The notes beneath the pieces were generated by a model. The model searched no databases. It was given only the letters and a program-made list of their open reading frames with translations, and was not told the origin of the DNA. From the NCBI RefSeq assembly GCF_988243305.1, contig NZ_OZ547136.1: a DNA stretch of 64,000 nucleotides, one strand, 5' to 3'. The translations under genes and the position numbers were made by a program. Position 1 is the first letter of the stretch, and each line of letters starts with the position of its first letter. Shown here one piece after another: positions 1-13,512 of the stretch.

Positions 1-1102
1 CCAGTACCAGCAGGGCAAGAATAACCAGAATAGAGTGGACCACCGCCGAGATAGGGGACGTTGCCCCGGCACGGACGTTAGCGGCAGAACGCGCGATGGC
101 AGCTGTAGCGGTAATACCACCAAAGAACGGAGCGATAATATTCCCCAGCCCCTGTCCAACCAGTTCGCTATTCGCCTTGTGTTTTGTCCCGGTCATACCA
201 TCCAGCACCACGGCGCAGAGCAGAGATTCGATTGCGCCGAGCATTGCCATTGAGAATGCCGCAGGCAGCAGTGTGCGAATAGAATCCCAGGTTAGCGTGA
301 ATTCTGAATTGGGCAGGTCCCACGGCAGCACCAGTTGTGGCAGCAATTGCGGAATACCGTTACCCTGAGAACCATCGGCCAGAACGTAGTGGAACTGCGA
401 ACCGATGGTAGCAACATGTCCGCCGAGCAGGTTAACAATCCCCATCACCGCGCAACCAGCCAGCAAGGCCGGAAGGTGACCAGGCAAACGAATGCCCAGA
501 CGCGGCCAGAAAACCAGAATGCCAAGCGTCACAATGCCAATGGCTGCATCACCCACATTAATGGTCGGCAGCGCCATAAATAATGCGCCGACTTTTTGTA
601 GATAATGCTCCGGGACATGGGCCATTTGCAGACCGAGAAAATCTTTAATCTGCATGGTACCGATGGTGATCCCGATACCCGAGGTGAAACCTAAGGTCAC
701 GGAAACCGGAATATATTCAATCAAGCGTCCAAAACGTGCCAGCCCCATCAGGATCAAAAAGACACCTGACATGAGTGTCGCGACCAGCAGTCCTGCCAGT
801 CCAAACTGTTGCGAAACGGGATAGAGAATTACCACAAATGCCGCAGTCGGACCGGAAACGCTAAAGCGTGACCCACCCGTCAGAGCAATGACAATCCCCG
901 CAACAGCTGCGGTATATAAACCGTACTGGGGTGCCACACCACTACCAATAGCCAACGCCATTGCCAGCGGGATAGCAATAATCCCGACGGTTATCCCGGC
1001 AATCAGGTCACGGGTAAACCGTGCGGCAGTATATTTTTCTTTCCAGCAAGCGTCGATCAGAGCGCGGAAAGGCATCACATGTGAGGAAAATATTTTGTTC
1101 AC
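1..1102 (-). CDS. dauA: C4-dicarboxylate/sulfate transporter DauA (SulP family), partial; C-terminal part lies beyond window start
   Basis: Minus-strand frame from GTG at 1102 reads [24 protein letters not shown], the DauA/YchM N-terminus; no minus-strand ORF is listed here in the track, consistent with the frame running off the window; conserved position next to prs. Confidence 0.85.
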   Translation of the reverse strand, partial: MNKIFSSHVMPFRALIDACWKEKYTAARFTRDLIAGITVGIIAIPLAMALAIGSGVAPQYGLYTAAVAGIVIALTGGSRFSVSGPTAAFVVILYPVSQQFGLAGLLVATLMSGVFLILMGLARFGRLIEYIPVSVTLGFTSGIGITIGTMQIKDFLGLQMAHVPEHYLQKVGALFMALPTINVGDAAIGIVTLGILVFWPRLGIRLPGHLPALLAGCAVMGIVNLLGGHVATIGSQFHYVLADGSQGNGIPQLLPQLVLPWDLPNSEFTLTWDSIRTLLPAAFSMAMLGAIESLLCAVVLDGMTGTKHKANSELVGQGLGNIIAPFFGGITATAAIARSAANVRAGATSPISAVVHSILVILALLVL

Positions 1103-1226
1103 AATAATGTTTCATCCGTGAGCGCATCATCTGTCAACTAAATGGCAGGTGAAGGAGGCATAGGTCATACAAATGGATATTACAGACAAAAAAACCCGCC
1201 GCAGCGGGTCTTTGAGCCGGGTTCGA

Positions 1227-2300
<1,074 letters not shown>

Positions 2301-2324
2301 TCACCGAAACTCAGCTTGCCCGGC

Positions 2325-3175
2325 TTAAAGCATGGCTCTGTGCAATGGGGAAAGATTAACGCCTTTCGCCACAAAGCCATTGAGCCATTCCGGGGCTTGC
2401 TCTAGCACCTGGCGGGCTTCAGACTCTGTATCAAATTCAGCAAAGACACAGGCCCCTGTCCCAGTCAGGCGCGACGGGGCGTATTCTAACAGCCAGGAAA
2501 GCACCGCATCAACCTCGCGAAAACGTTTTCTTGCGATAACCTCGCAATCATTGCTGAATTCACATTTTAGCAACGTTTCTATTGACCTTTTTGGCGTATT
2601 GCGCGGGAGTTCAGGATCTTTAAAAATCACCGGTGTCGGAATACTTACACCAGGGTGCGCCACCAGATACCACTTCTCTGGCGGATCCACCGGCGTTAGT
2701 ATTTCACCAACGCCTTCGGCAAACGCGGCATGCCCCCGAACAAAGACAGGAACATCTGCGCCCAGCGTCAGCCCCATTTCCGCCAGCTCATCCATGCTTA
2801 GTCCGCATTGCCAGAGATAATTTAACGCCACCAGAACCGTCGCGGCATTGGAAGAACCACCGCCGAGACCGCCGCCCATCGGCAAACGCTTATCAATGCT
2901 GATATTCGCACCGCTTCCCGTCGGAAGACGCCCGCTGTCTGCCGCAGTTTTCATCAACAACCGTGCTGCGCGAACGATCAGGTTATCTTCATGTTCCACG
3001 CCTTCAACGGGCGTTAACAGACGAATATCCCCATCGTCACGAAGCTCAATGCTGATGGTGTCGCCGTAATCAAGAAACTGAAACAGCGTTTGCAGCGTGT
3101 GGTAACCATCCGCACGCTGACCGGTAATGTATAAAAACAGATTAAGTTTTGCCGGAGAGGGCCACTGTGTCCGCA

Positions 3176-3176
<1 letters not shown>
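2325..3176 (-). CDS. ispE: 4-diphosphocytidyl-2-C-methyl-D-erythritol kinase
   Basis: 283-aa [31 protein letters not shown]... matches IspE; GHMP kinase glycine-rich motif [14 protein letters not shown]. Confidence 0.95.
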
Positions 3177-3868
<692 letters not shown>

Positions 3869-4012
3869 CTATGTTCAAGTTGTCTTAATTGCCAGAATCT
3901 AACGGCTTTCGGCAATTACTCCAAAAGGGGGCGCTCTCTTTTATTGATCTTACGCATCCTGTATGATGCAAGCAGACTAACCCTATCAACGTTGGTATTA
4001 TTTCCCGCAGAC

Positions 4013-5269
4013 ATGACCCTTTTAGCACTCGGTATCAACCATAAAACGGCACCTGTATCGCTGCGAGAACGTGTATCGTTTTCGCCGGATAAGCTCGATC
4101 AGGCGCTTGACAGCCTGCTTGCGCAGCCGATGGTGCAGGGCGGCGTGGTGCTGTCGACGTGCAATCGCACGGAACTTTATCTTAGCGTTGAAGAGCAGGA
4201 TAACCTGCAAGAGGCGTTAATCCGCTGGCTTTGCGATTATCACAATCTTAATGAAGAAGATCTGCGTAAAAGCCTCTACTGGCATCAGGATAACGACGCG
4301 GTTAGCCATTTAATGCGTGTTGCCAGCGGCCTGGATTCACTGGTTTTGGGGGAGCCGCAGATCCTCGGTCAGGTTAAAAAAGCGTTTGCCGATTCGCAAA
4401 AAGGCCATATGAAGGCCAGCGAACTGGAACGCATGTTCCAAAAATCTTTCTCTGTAGCGAAACGCGTTCGCACTGAAACAGATATCGGTGCCAGCGCTGT
4501 GTCTGTCGCTTTTGCGGCTTGTACGCTGGCGCGGCAGATCTTTGAATCGCTCTCTACGGTCACAGTGTTGCTGGTAGGCGCGGGCGAAACCATCGAGCTG
4601 GTAGCGCGTCATCTGCGCGAACATAAAGTACAGAAGATGATTATCGCCAACCGCACTCGCGAACGTGCCCAAATTCTGGCAGATGAAGTCGGCGCGGAAG
4701 TTATTGCCCTGAGTGATATCGACGAGCGTCTGCGCGAAGCCGATATCATCATTAGTTCAACTGCAAGCCCGTTACCGATTATCGGTAAAGGCATGGTGGA
4801 GCGGGCATTAAAAAGCCGTCGCAACCAACCAATGCTGTTGGTGGATATTGCCGTTCCGCGCGATGTTGAGCCGGAAGTTGGCAAACTGGCGAATGCTTAT
4901 CTTTATAGCGTTGATGATCTGCAAAGCATCATTTCGCACAACCTGGCGCAGCGTAAAGCCGCAGCGGTTGAGGCGGAAACTATTGTCGCTCAGGAAACCA
5001 GCGAATTTATGGCGTGGCTGCGTGCACAAAGCGCCAGCGAAACTATTCGCGAGTATCGCAGCCAGGCAGAGCAAGTTCGCGATGAGTTAACCACTAAAGC
5101 GTTAGCGGCCCTTGAACAGGGCGGCGACGCACAAGCCATTATGCAGGATCTGGCATGGAAACTGACTAACCGCTTGATCCATGCGCCAACGAAATCACTT
5201 CAACAGGCCGCCCGTGACGGGGATAACGAACGCCTGAATATTCTGCGCGACAGCCTCGGGCTGGAGTAG
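4013..5269 (+). CDS. hemA: glutamyl-tRNA reductase
   Basis: Track ORF 3815-5269; internal ATG at 4013 gives [21 protein letters not shown]..., the 418-aa HemA. Confidence 0.95.
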
Positions 5270-5309
5270 CAGTACATCATTTTCTTTTTTACAGGGTGCA
5301 TTTACGCCT

Positions 5310-6392
5310 ATGAAGCCTTCTATCGTTGCCAAACTGGAAGCCCTGCATGAACGCCATGAAGAAGTTCAGGCGTTGCTGGGTGACGCGCAAACTATCGCCG
5401 ACCAGGAACGTTTTCGCGCATTATCACGCGAATATGCGCAGTTAAGTGATGTTTCGCGCTGTTTTACCGACTGGCAACAGGTTCAGGAAGATATCGAAAC
5501 CGCACAGATGATGCTCGACGATCCTGAAATGCGTGAGATGGCGCAGGATGAACTGCGTGAAGCTAAAGAAAAAAGCGAGCAACTGGAACAGCAATTACAG
5601 GTTCTGTTACTACCAAAAGATCCTGATGACGAACGTAACGCCTTCCTCGAAGTCCGTGCCGGAACCGGCGGCGACGAAGCGGCGCTGTTCGCAGGCGATC
5701 TGTTCCGTATGTACAGCCGTTATGCCGAAGCCCGCCGCTGGCGGGTAGAAATCATGAGCGCCAGCGAGGGTGAACATGGTGGTTATAAAGAGATCATCGC
5801 CAAAATTAGCGGTGATGGTGTATATGGTCGTTTGAAATTCGAATCTGGCGGTCATCGCGTGCAACGTGTTCCTGCTACGGAATCGCAGGGGCGTATTCAT
5901 ACTTCTGCTTGTACCGTTGCGGTAATGCCAGAACTGCCTGACGCAGAACTGCCGGACATCAACCCGGCAGATTTGCGCATTGATACTTTCCGCTCGTCAG
6001 GGGCGGGTGGTCAGCACGTTAACACCACCGATTCGGCAATTCGTATTACTCACTTGCCGACCGGGATTGTTGTTGAATGTCAGGACGAACGTTCACAACA
6101 TAAAAACAAAGCTAAAGCACTTTCTGTACTCGGTGCTCGCATCCACGCTGCAGAAATGGCAAAACGGCAACAGGCCGAAGCGTCTACCCGTCGTAACCTG
6201 CTGGGGAGTGGCGATCGCAGCGACCGTAACCGTACTTACAACTTCCCGCAGGGGCGCGTTACCGATCACCGCATCAACCTGACGCTCTACCGCCTGGATG
6301 AAGTGATGGAAGGTAAGCTGGATATGCTGATTGAACCGATTATCCAGGAACATCAGGCCGACCAACTGGCGGCGTTGTCCGAGCAGGAATAA
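5310..6392 (+). CDS. prfA: peptide chain release factor 1
   Basis: 360-aa ORF with GGQ motif (SGAGGQHVN) and PAT tripeptide; hemA-prfA-prmC order. Confidence 0.97.
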
Positions 6393-7225
6393 TGGAATAT
6401 CAACACTGGTTACGTGAAGCAATAAGCCAACTTCAGGCGAGCGAAAGCCCGCGGCGTGATGCTGAAATCCTGCTGGAGCATGTTACCGGCAAAGGGCGTA
6501 CTTTTATTCTCGCCTTTGGTGAAACGCAGCTGACTGACGAACAATGTCAGCAACTTGATGCGCTACTGACACGTCGTCGCGATGGTGAACCCATTGCTCA
6601 TTTAACCGGGGTGCGAGAATTCTGGTCGTTGCCGTTATTTGTTTCGCCAGCGACCTTAATTCCGCGCCCGGATACGGAGTGTCTGGTGGAGCAGGCACTG
6701 GCGCGGTTGCCTGAACAACCTTGCCGTATTCTCGATCTCGGGACGGGTACCGGGGCGATTGCGCTGGCGCTGGCTAGCGAGCGCCCGGACTGCGAAATTA
6801 CCGCTGTAGATCGTATGCCAGATGCTGTCTCTCTGGCGCAACGTAATGCCCAGAATCTGGCGATCAAAAACATCCATATTCTGCAAAGCGACTGGTTTAG
6901 CGCGCTAGCCGGGCAGCAGTTTGCGATGATTGTCAGTAATCCGCCGTATATTGACGAGCAGGACCCACATCTTCAACAAGGCGATGTCCGCTTTGAGCCG
7001 CTCACTGCGCTGGTTGCGGCAGACAGTGGAATGGCAGACATCGTGCATATCATCGAACAGTCGCGTAACGCGCTGGTATCCGGCGGCTTTCTGCTTCTGG
7101 AACATGGCTGGCAGCAGGGCGAAGCGGTGCGACAGGCATTTATCCACGCGGGATATCATGACGTCGAAACCTGTCGGGACTATGGTGATAACGAGCGCGT
7201 AACGCTCGGCCGCTATTATCAATGA
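6392..7225 (+). CDS. prmC: release factor glutamine N5-methyltransferase (HemK)
   Basis: 277-aa ORF with SAM motif DLGTGTGAIALA and NPPY motif (VSNPPYI); start overlaps prfA stop. Confidence 0.95.
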   Translation: MEYQHWLREAISQLQASESPRRDAEILLEHVTGKGRTFILAFGETQLTDEQCQQLDALLTRRRDGEPIAHLTGVREFWSLPLFVSPATLIPRPDTECLVEQALARLPEQPCRILDLGTGTGAIALALASERPDCEITAVDRMPDAVSLAQRNAQNLAIKNIHILQSDWFSALAGQQFAMIVSNPPYIDEQDPHLQQGDVRFEPLTALVAADSGMADIVHIIEQSRNALVSGGFLLLEHGWQQGEAVRQAFIHAGYHDVETCRDYGDNERVTLGRYYQ

Positions 7226-7614
7226 CAAGTTTTTCTACACTGCTTAGCGTTCATCTCATTAGCATTGCGCTTTCTGTAGGGCTATTAACCTTACGTTTCT
7301 GGCTACGTTATCAGAAGCATCCTCAGGCATTTTCGCGCTGGACGCGCATTGTGCCGCCGATTGTCGATACGGTGTTATTGTTAAGTGGCATTGCGTTGAT
7401 GGCTAAAGCGCACATCCTGCTATTTTCCGGGCAGGCACAGTGGCTGACTGAAAAGCTGTTTGGAGTTATCATTTATATCGTTTTGGGTTTTATTGCACTC
7501 GATTATCGTCGTATGCACAGTCAGCAGGCGCGCATTATTGCCTTCCCGCTGGCGTTGGTGGTGCTGTACATCATCATTAAACTCGCCACCACAAAAGTAC
7601 CGTTACTGGGGTAA
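7222..7614 (+). CDS. sirB2: SirB2 family inner membrane protein (YchQ)
   Basis: 130-aa hydrophobic ORF in conserved position after prmC. Confidence 0.85.
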   Translation: MTSFSTLLSVHLISIALSVGLLTLRFWLRYQKHPQAFSRWTRIVPPIVDTVLLLSGIALMAKAHILLFSGQAQWLTEKLFGVIIYIVLGFIALDYRRMHSQQARIIAFPLALVVLYIIIKLATTKVPLLG

Positions 7615-7617
7615 GTC

Positions 7618-8427
7618 ATGAGATCGTTAGCTGATTTCGAATTTAATAAAGCGCCATTGTGCGAAGGCATGATCCTGGCTTGCGAAGCAATCCGCCGCGA
7701 TTTTCCCTCGCAAGATGTTTACGACGAACTGGAGCGTCTCGTTAGTCTGGCGAAGGAAGAAATCAGCCAGCTTCTGCCTTTAGAAGAGCAGCTGGAAAAA
7801 CTGATCGCGCTGTTTTACGGCGACTGGGGATTTAAAGCCTCACGCGGCGTTTATCGTCTTTCCGATGCATTATGGCTGGACCAGGTGTTAAAGAATCGAC
7901 AGGGCAGTGCGGTATCATTAGGTGCCGTTTTATTATGGGTCGCGAATCGTCTCGATTTGCCGCTGCTGCCGGTGATTTTCCCTACGCAGCTGATATTGCG
8001 CATTGAATGTCCGGATGGCGAAATTTGGTTGATTAATCCTTTTAACGGTGAATCCTTAAGCGAACATATGCTGGACGTATGGTTAAAGGGAAATATCAGC
8101 CCGTCGGCGGAACTGTTTTATGAAGACCTTGATGAAGCTGATAACATTGAGGTAATCCGCAAATTGCTGGATACACTCAAAGCTTCGTTGATGGAAGAAA
8201 ATCAGATGGAGCTGGCGTTACGTACCAGCGAAGCTTTATTACAATTCAACCCGGAAGATCCCTATGAAATTCGCGATCGCGGGTTGATTTATGCGCAACT
8301 GGATTGCGAACACGTTGCGTTGAACGATTTAAGTTATTTCGTTGAACAGTGTCCGGAAGACCCGATCAGCGAAATGATCCGTGCGCAAATAAATAACATC
8401 GCGCATAAACATATTGTGCTGCATTAA
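7618..8427 (+). CDS. sirB1: SirB1 family protein (YchA), transglutaminase-like/TPR
   Basis: 269-aa ORF in conserved position between sirB2 and kdsA. Confidence 0.85.
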   Translation: MRSLADFEFNKAPLCEGMILACEAIRRDFPSQDVYDELERLVSLAKEEISQLLPLEEQLEKLIALFYGDWGFKASRGVYRLSDALWLDQVLKNRQGSAVSLGAVLLWVANRLDLPLLPVIFPTQLILRIECPDGEIWLINPFNGESLSEHMLDVWLKGNISPSAELFYEDLDEADNIEVIRKLLDTLKASLMEENQMELALRTSEALLQFNPEDPYEIRDRGLIYAQLDCEHVALNDLSYFVEQCPEDPISEMIRAQINNIAHKHIVLH

Positions 8428-8453
8428 TTAATCGACATTTTACTCAAGATTAA

Positions 8454-9317
<864 letters not shown>

Positions 9318-9389
9318 TCTTTTTTGCTTGAAAACTAAAGCCTTAGCGTTCTGCGTTAAGGCTTTTTTCATGGGGCCGGATACAAAAAA

Positions 9390-9924
9390 GGCCGCAGGCT
9401 GTTACTCCTGCGGCCGGTTTCGGGCGCATATTGCCATCACGGCAGCCTGACGCCCGTTTTCACCTTACTTCCGGTTACGCCACCAGCTGACAATCGCTGC
9501 GGTAATAATTCCCGCCAGGATCGGTGCTGCCAGGTCGTGCCAGAAAGTCATGGCAAACTGCGCGAGCGTCATATAGCCGCCTTGTTGTAATGACAACATT
9601 TTGCGGCTATTCTTGAATTGTTCTGGTTCAAGATTAGCCCCCGTTCTGTTGTCAGGTTATACCTCTCAACGTGCGGGGGTTTTCTCTTTCCAGCAACCAA
9701 TGCCACCAGGGATAGAGCCCCCGCAACATTGCGCCTCACCGGATAACGCCGGCTTGGTGTGGATACTACGACTCAATTAATCTTCACTTCATCCCTGAAA
9801 TGTATGCAATGAAGAGTGCATTCCGGTTTTTCAACAGCTGTTACAGTCGTTTCATGAGTGCTCTGGATGATGCTTCCAGCTCGGGTTGCCAATATTTACT
9901 TGTGGAAGAGATAAAGACAAAAAA
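9390..9924. repeat. long direct repeat (LDR) unit 1, about 535 bp, carrying an ldr toxin gene and expected Rdl antisense sRNA region
   Basis: 9390-9924 is repeated almost identically at 9925 to about 10400; corresponds to the LDR elements between kdsA and chaA in E. coli. Confidence 0.85.
9465..9572 (-). CDS. ldr: type I toxin-antitoxin small toxic peptide Ldr (35 aa)
   Basis: Minus-strand ORF MTLAQFAMTFWHDLAAPILAGIITAAIVSWWRNRK; below the 60-aa track cutoff; matches the Ldr toxin family. Confidence 0.8.
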   Translation of the reverse strand: MTLAQFAMTFWHDLAAPILAGIITAAIVSWWRNRK

Positions 9925-10400
9925 GGCCGCAGGCTGTTACCCCTGCGGCCGGTTTCGGGCGCATATTGCCATCACGGCAGCCTGACGCCCGTTTTCACCT
10001 TACTTCCGGTTACGCCACCAGCTGACAATCGCTGCGGTAATAATTCCCGCCAGGATCGGTGCTGCCAGGTCGTGCCAGAAAATCATGGCAAACTGCGCGA
10101 GCGTCATATAGCCGCCTTGTTGTAATGACAACATTTTGCGGCTATTCTTGAATTGTTGATGGTTCAAGATTAGCCCCCGTTCTGTTGTCAGGTTTTACCT
10201 CTCAACGTGCGGGGGTTTTCTCTTTCCAGCAACCAATGCCACCAGGGATAAAGCCCCCGCAACATTGCGCCTCACCGGATAACGCCGGCTTGGTGTGGAT
10301 ACTACGTCTCAATTCATCTTCACTTCATCCCTGAAATGTTTGCAATAAAGAGTACATTCCGGCTTTTCAACAGCTGTTGCAGTGGTTTCGTGCAGGTTCT
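9925..10400. repeat. long direct repeat (LDR) unit 2
   Basis: Second tandem copy; homology to unit 1 decays near 10400 before chaA. Confidence 0.8.
10000..10107 (-). CDS. ldr: type I toxin-antitoxin small toxic peptide Ldr (35 aa), second copy
   Basis: Minus-strand ORF MTLAQFAMIFWHDLAAPILAGIITAAIVSWWRNRK; one substitution (I vs T at residue 9) relative to copy 1. Confidence 0.8.
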   Translation of the reverse strand: MTLAQFAMIFWHDLAAPILAGIITAAIVSWWRNRK

Positions 10401-10512
10401 GGTACAGGCTCGCAATTCTGATTAACAACCTGTTCAGGTAGTATGAAGAAATACAATAAGCAGGAATTTATATTATCTCCCCCGATTTCTGTCATCGGAG
10501 GAGATATAACTG

Positions 10513-11613
10513 TCAGGCAAATATCGTCATCAAATAGGCGGCAAACAGTGCGAGATGCGCTGCGCCATTGAGCACGTTAGTACGTCCGGTGGAGAAGGAG
10601 ATATGGCACAGCACTAAAGAGGCCACCATCACCACCATTTCTGGCGCACCAAGTGCAAACTGCAATTCGTTACCCGTCATAAAGGCAATTAGCGTGACGA
10701 CAGGTACGGTAAGCGAAATGGTTGCTAACACTGAACCAAAGAACAGATTCATCGCGCGCTGGACCTGGTTGTTCAACACTGCTTTTAACGCACCTAAACC
10801 TTCCGGCGACAGAATCAACAGAGCCACCAGGAAGCCAGTAAAGGCGACAGGGGCATTCATGCTGTCGAGCAATGTCTCCAGCGGGCTGGCGTTCATTTTG
10901 GTCACCGCAATAACGGCAATCAGATGGACAATCAACCAGATAGCATGCCACAGGCTGCTATGGGCAGACGGTTTACCGTGGTGCGGGTCGTCATCATCAC
11001 TGTCATCTTCGTGCTCGTAGACAAATAAACTTTGATGCGTTTTGGTCTGGATCAGCAAAAATACGCCATACATTGCCGCAGAAATTAATGCTACCAGTAA
11101 CGCCTGACCGGTTGAAAAATTCGCCGCAGGCAGAGCCATTGGAAATACCAGTACGATTATCGCCAGGGGGAACAGCGCAATTAAATACTGCTTGATACCA
11201 AACAGATTCATATATTGGGTGGCAAACTTGCGTCCGCCCAACAATAATGAAAAGCCAACCAGCCCACCGGTAACAATCATAATGATTGAATAGAGCGTAT
11301 CACGCATTAGCGTTGGCGCGGCGTCGCCGGTTGCCATTAAAGCTGAAATCAAACTGACTTCAAGAATAACCACTGAAAGGCTAAGAATAAGCGAACCGTA
11401 AGGTTCTCCCAGGCGATGGGCTAATACGTCCGCATGACGGACAACACTAAAGGCGCTACTTAAAATACCAATAAGAGCAAGAAGATTGATGCCAATGACC
11501 ACTGGTAGTGTCTGGCTGCTTCCCCACAGGAACAGCACTACCAGCGCCAGAACCGGGAAAATAAGCGAAGTCTCCTTGTGGCGGGTTTTTACCGCCTCTT
11601 GAGCATTTGACAT
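10513..11613 (-). CDS. chaA: Na+/K+:H+ antiporter ChaA
   Basis: Track ORF 10513-11700; internal ATG at 11613 gives MSNAQEAVKTRHKETSLIFPV..., the 366-aa ChaA; acidic EHEDDSDDDD loop. Confidence 0.93.
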   Translation of the reverse strand: MSNAQEAVKTRHKETSLIFPVLALVVLFLWGSSQTLPVVIGINLLALIGILSSAFSVVRHADVLAHRLGEPYGSLILSLSVVILEVSLISALMATGDAAPTLMRDTLYSIIMIVTGGLVGFSLLLGGRKFATQYMNLFGIKQYLIALFPLAIIVLVFPMALPAANFSTGQALLVALISAAMYGVFLLIQTKTHQSLFVYEHEDDSDDDDPHHGKPSAHSSLWHAIWLIVHLIAVIAVTKMNASPLETLLDSMNAPVAFTGFLVALLILSPEGLGALKAVLNNQVQRAMNLFFGSVLATISLTVPVVTLIAFMTGNELQFALGAPEMVVMVASLVLCHISFSTGRTNVLNGAAHLALFAAYLMTIFA

Positions 11614-11882
11614 TATGGTTATCCCTTTGCAGATGAATTTATCGAAAATGTAAAAAATAGGTAGGAAAAATAACAGAAAGTGTCTGGATATCGGTAACAT
11701 TTTACGAATTTTTACCCCGCTGTCGATTTTTTACTCATCGGGCCATAAAAATAAGCAATGCGTTTAGACAATGTTTGTTTTAGCGTTTCTTAAGAAGAGT
11801 CTGACATGAAAATTCTTATGTTTTGGCAAGAGTGGATATTGTTGACCACACTTAATGTTCAACTTTGTAAAAGGAGTCAACG

Positions 11883-12113
11883 ATGCCGTATAAAACGAAA
11901 AGCGATCTGCCGGAAAGCGTAAAGCACGTGCTTCCGTCTCATGCCCAGGATATCTATAAAGAAGCGTTTAACAGCGCATGGGATCAATATAAAGATAAAG
12001 AAGATCGGCGTGATGACGCCAGTCGCGAAGAAACCGCGCATAAAGTGGCCTGGGCTGCTGTGAAGCATGAATATGCCAAAGGGGATGATGATAAATGGCA
12101 TAAAAAATCGTAA
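11883..12113 (+). CDS. chaB: cation transport regulator ChaB
   Basis: 76-aa ORF MPYKTKSDLPESVKHVLPSHAQDIYKEAF... matches ChaB. Confidence 0.93.
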   Translation: MPYKTKSDLPESVKHVLPSHAQDIYKEAFNSAWDQYKDKEDRRDDASREETAHKVAWAAVKHEYAKGDDDKWHKKS

Positions 12114-12270
12114 AACCGGTAGCTTAGTTAAAGCTATTCGTGCGGTGTTGCCTTGCAAGTGGTCCGTGGATTGCATATTGTCCCGTTAGTGGTTTCAAAA
12201 TGAGCAGTAAAAATGTCCGGAAGACACCAAAAAGTTGTCGCAGGGAAGTATGCAGTGGCGGAGGTGTAAG

Positions 12271-12966
12271 GTGATAACGCGTGATTTCTTGATGAATGCC
12301 GATTGTAAAACGGCATTTGGTGCCATTGAAGAATCACTCTTATGGTCAGCAGAGCAACGGGCGGCTTCGCTGGCGGCGACGCTGGCTTGTCGACCTGATG
12401 AGGGACCGGTGTGGATCTTCGGTTATGGATCGTTGATGTGGAATCCGGCACTGGAGTTTACCGAGTCGTGCACCGGTACACTGGTTGGATGGCATCGCGC
12501 GTTTTGCCTGCGCCTGACCGCCGGGCGCGGGACTGCGCACCAGCCGGGACGGATGCTTGCACTGAAAGAGGGCGGACGCACCACAGGCGTCGCCTATCGA
12601 CTGCCAGAAGAGACGCTGGAGCAGGAACTAACCCTGTTGTGGAAGCGCGAGATGATTACCGGCTGTTATCTGCCAACCTGGTGTCAGCTTGATCTTGATG
12701 ATGGACGCACAGTAAACGCCATTGTGTTTATTATGGACCCGCGACATCCAGAATATGAATCTGACACTCGCGCTCAGGTCATCGCGCCGTTGATTGCAGC
12801 GGCGAGCGGTCCACTGGGAACCAACGCACAATACCTGTTTTCACTGGAACAGGAGCTTATCAAACTGGGAATGCAGGACGATGGGCTGAATGATTTGCTG
12901 GTATCGGTAAAAAAACTGCTGGCGGAGAATTATCCGGATGGTGTGTTACGGCCGGGATTCGCCTGA
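12271..12966 (+). CDS. chaC: glutathione-specific gamma-glutamylcyclotransferase ChaC
   Basis: Track ORF 12235-12966; GTG at 12271 gives (M)ITRDFLMNADCKTAFGAIEE..., the 231-aa ChaC; start choice is the annotated one, not proven here. Confidence 0.88.
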   Translation: MITRDFLMNADCKTAFGAIEESLLWSAEQRAASLAATLACRPDEGPVWIFGYGSLMWNPALEFTESCTGTLVGWHRAFCLRLTAGRGTAHQPGRMLALKEGGRTTGVAYRLPEETLEQELTLLWKREMITGCYLPTWCQLDLDDGRTVNAIVFIMDPRHPEYESDTRAQVIAPLIAAASGPLGTNAQYLFSLEQELIKLGMQDDGLNDLLVSVKKLLAENYPDGVLRPGFA

Positions 12967-13009
12967 GTAAACTTCCCTCATCGTGGGGCGTCAGACGCCC
13001 CCTCAAACA

Positions 13010-13363
13010 TTAAAATGTGAGCACTTTATCGGCTGACAGCGTCCATTGCGCCAGTTCCACAAGCGTACCGATTTCCACCCCATCAATCAGAGGAAGTGTG
13101 CTAATCCCGCGCCCGTCGGTACAGGTTTTGCACAATTTCACCGGTACATTCTGAGCGGTAAGGATCTCCAGCATTTGCTGAATGTTGTAGCCTTCCCCTG
13201 GTTTTTGCCCGCGCAACCCGGCTGTGACCGCATCAGACATCAGGAACAGACGCAGATCCAGATTGTTCTCCTGCTCTCGTAACGCAATGGCCAGCCGCAA
13301 GCTGTTAAACAAGGATTCGCTCCCGTAAGGCGCGCCATTGGCAACGATCACGATTTTTTGCAT
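13010..13363 (-). CDS. ychN: DsrE/DsrF-like family protein YchN
   Basis: 117-aa ORF MQKIVIVANGAPYGSESLFNSLRLAIAL... matches YchN. Confidence 0.92.
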   Translation of the reverse strand: MQKIVIVANGAPYGSESLFNSLRLAIALREQENNLDLRLFLMSDAVTAGLRGQKPGEGYNIQQMLEILTAQNVPVKLCKTCTDGRGISTLPLIDGVEIGTLVELAQWTLSADKVLTF

Positions 13364-13380
13364 TATTTACTCCTGTATTC

Positions 13381-13484
<104 letters not shown>

Positions 13485-13512
13485 TTGCCAGTAATCGTTA
13501 TTCTTTAGGGCT

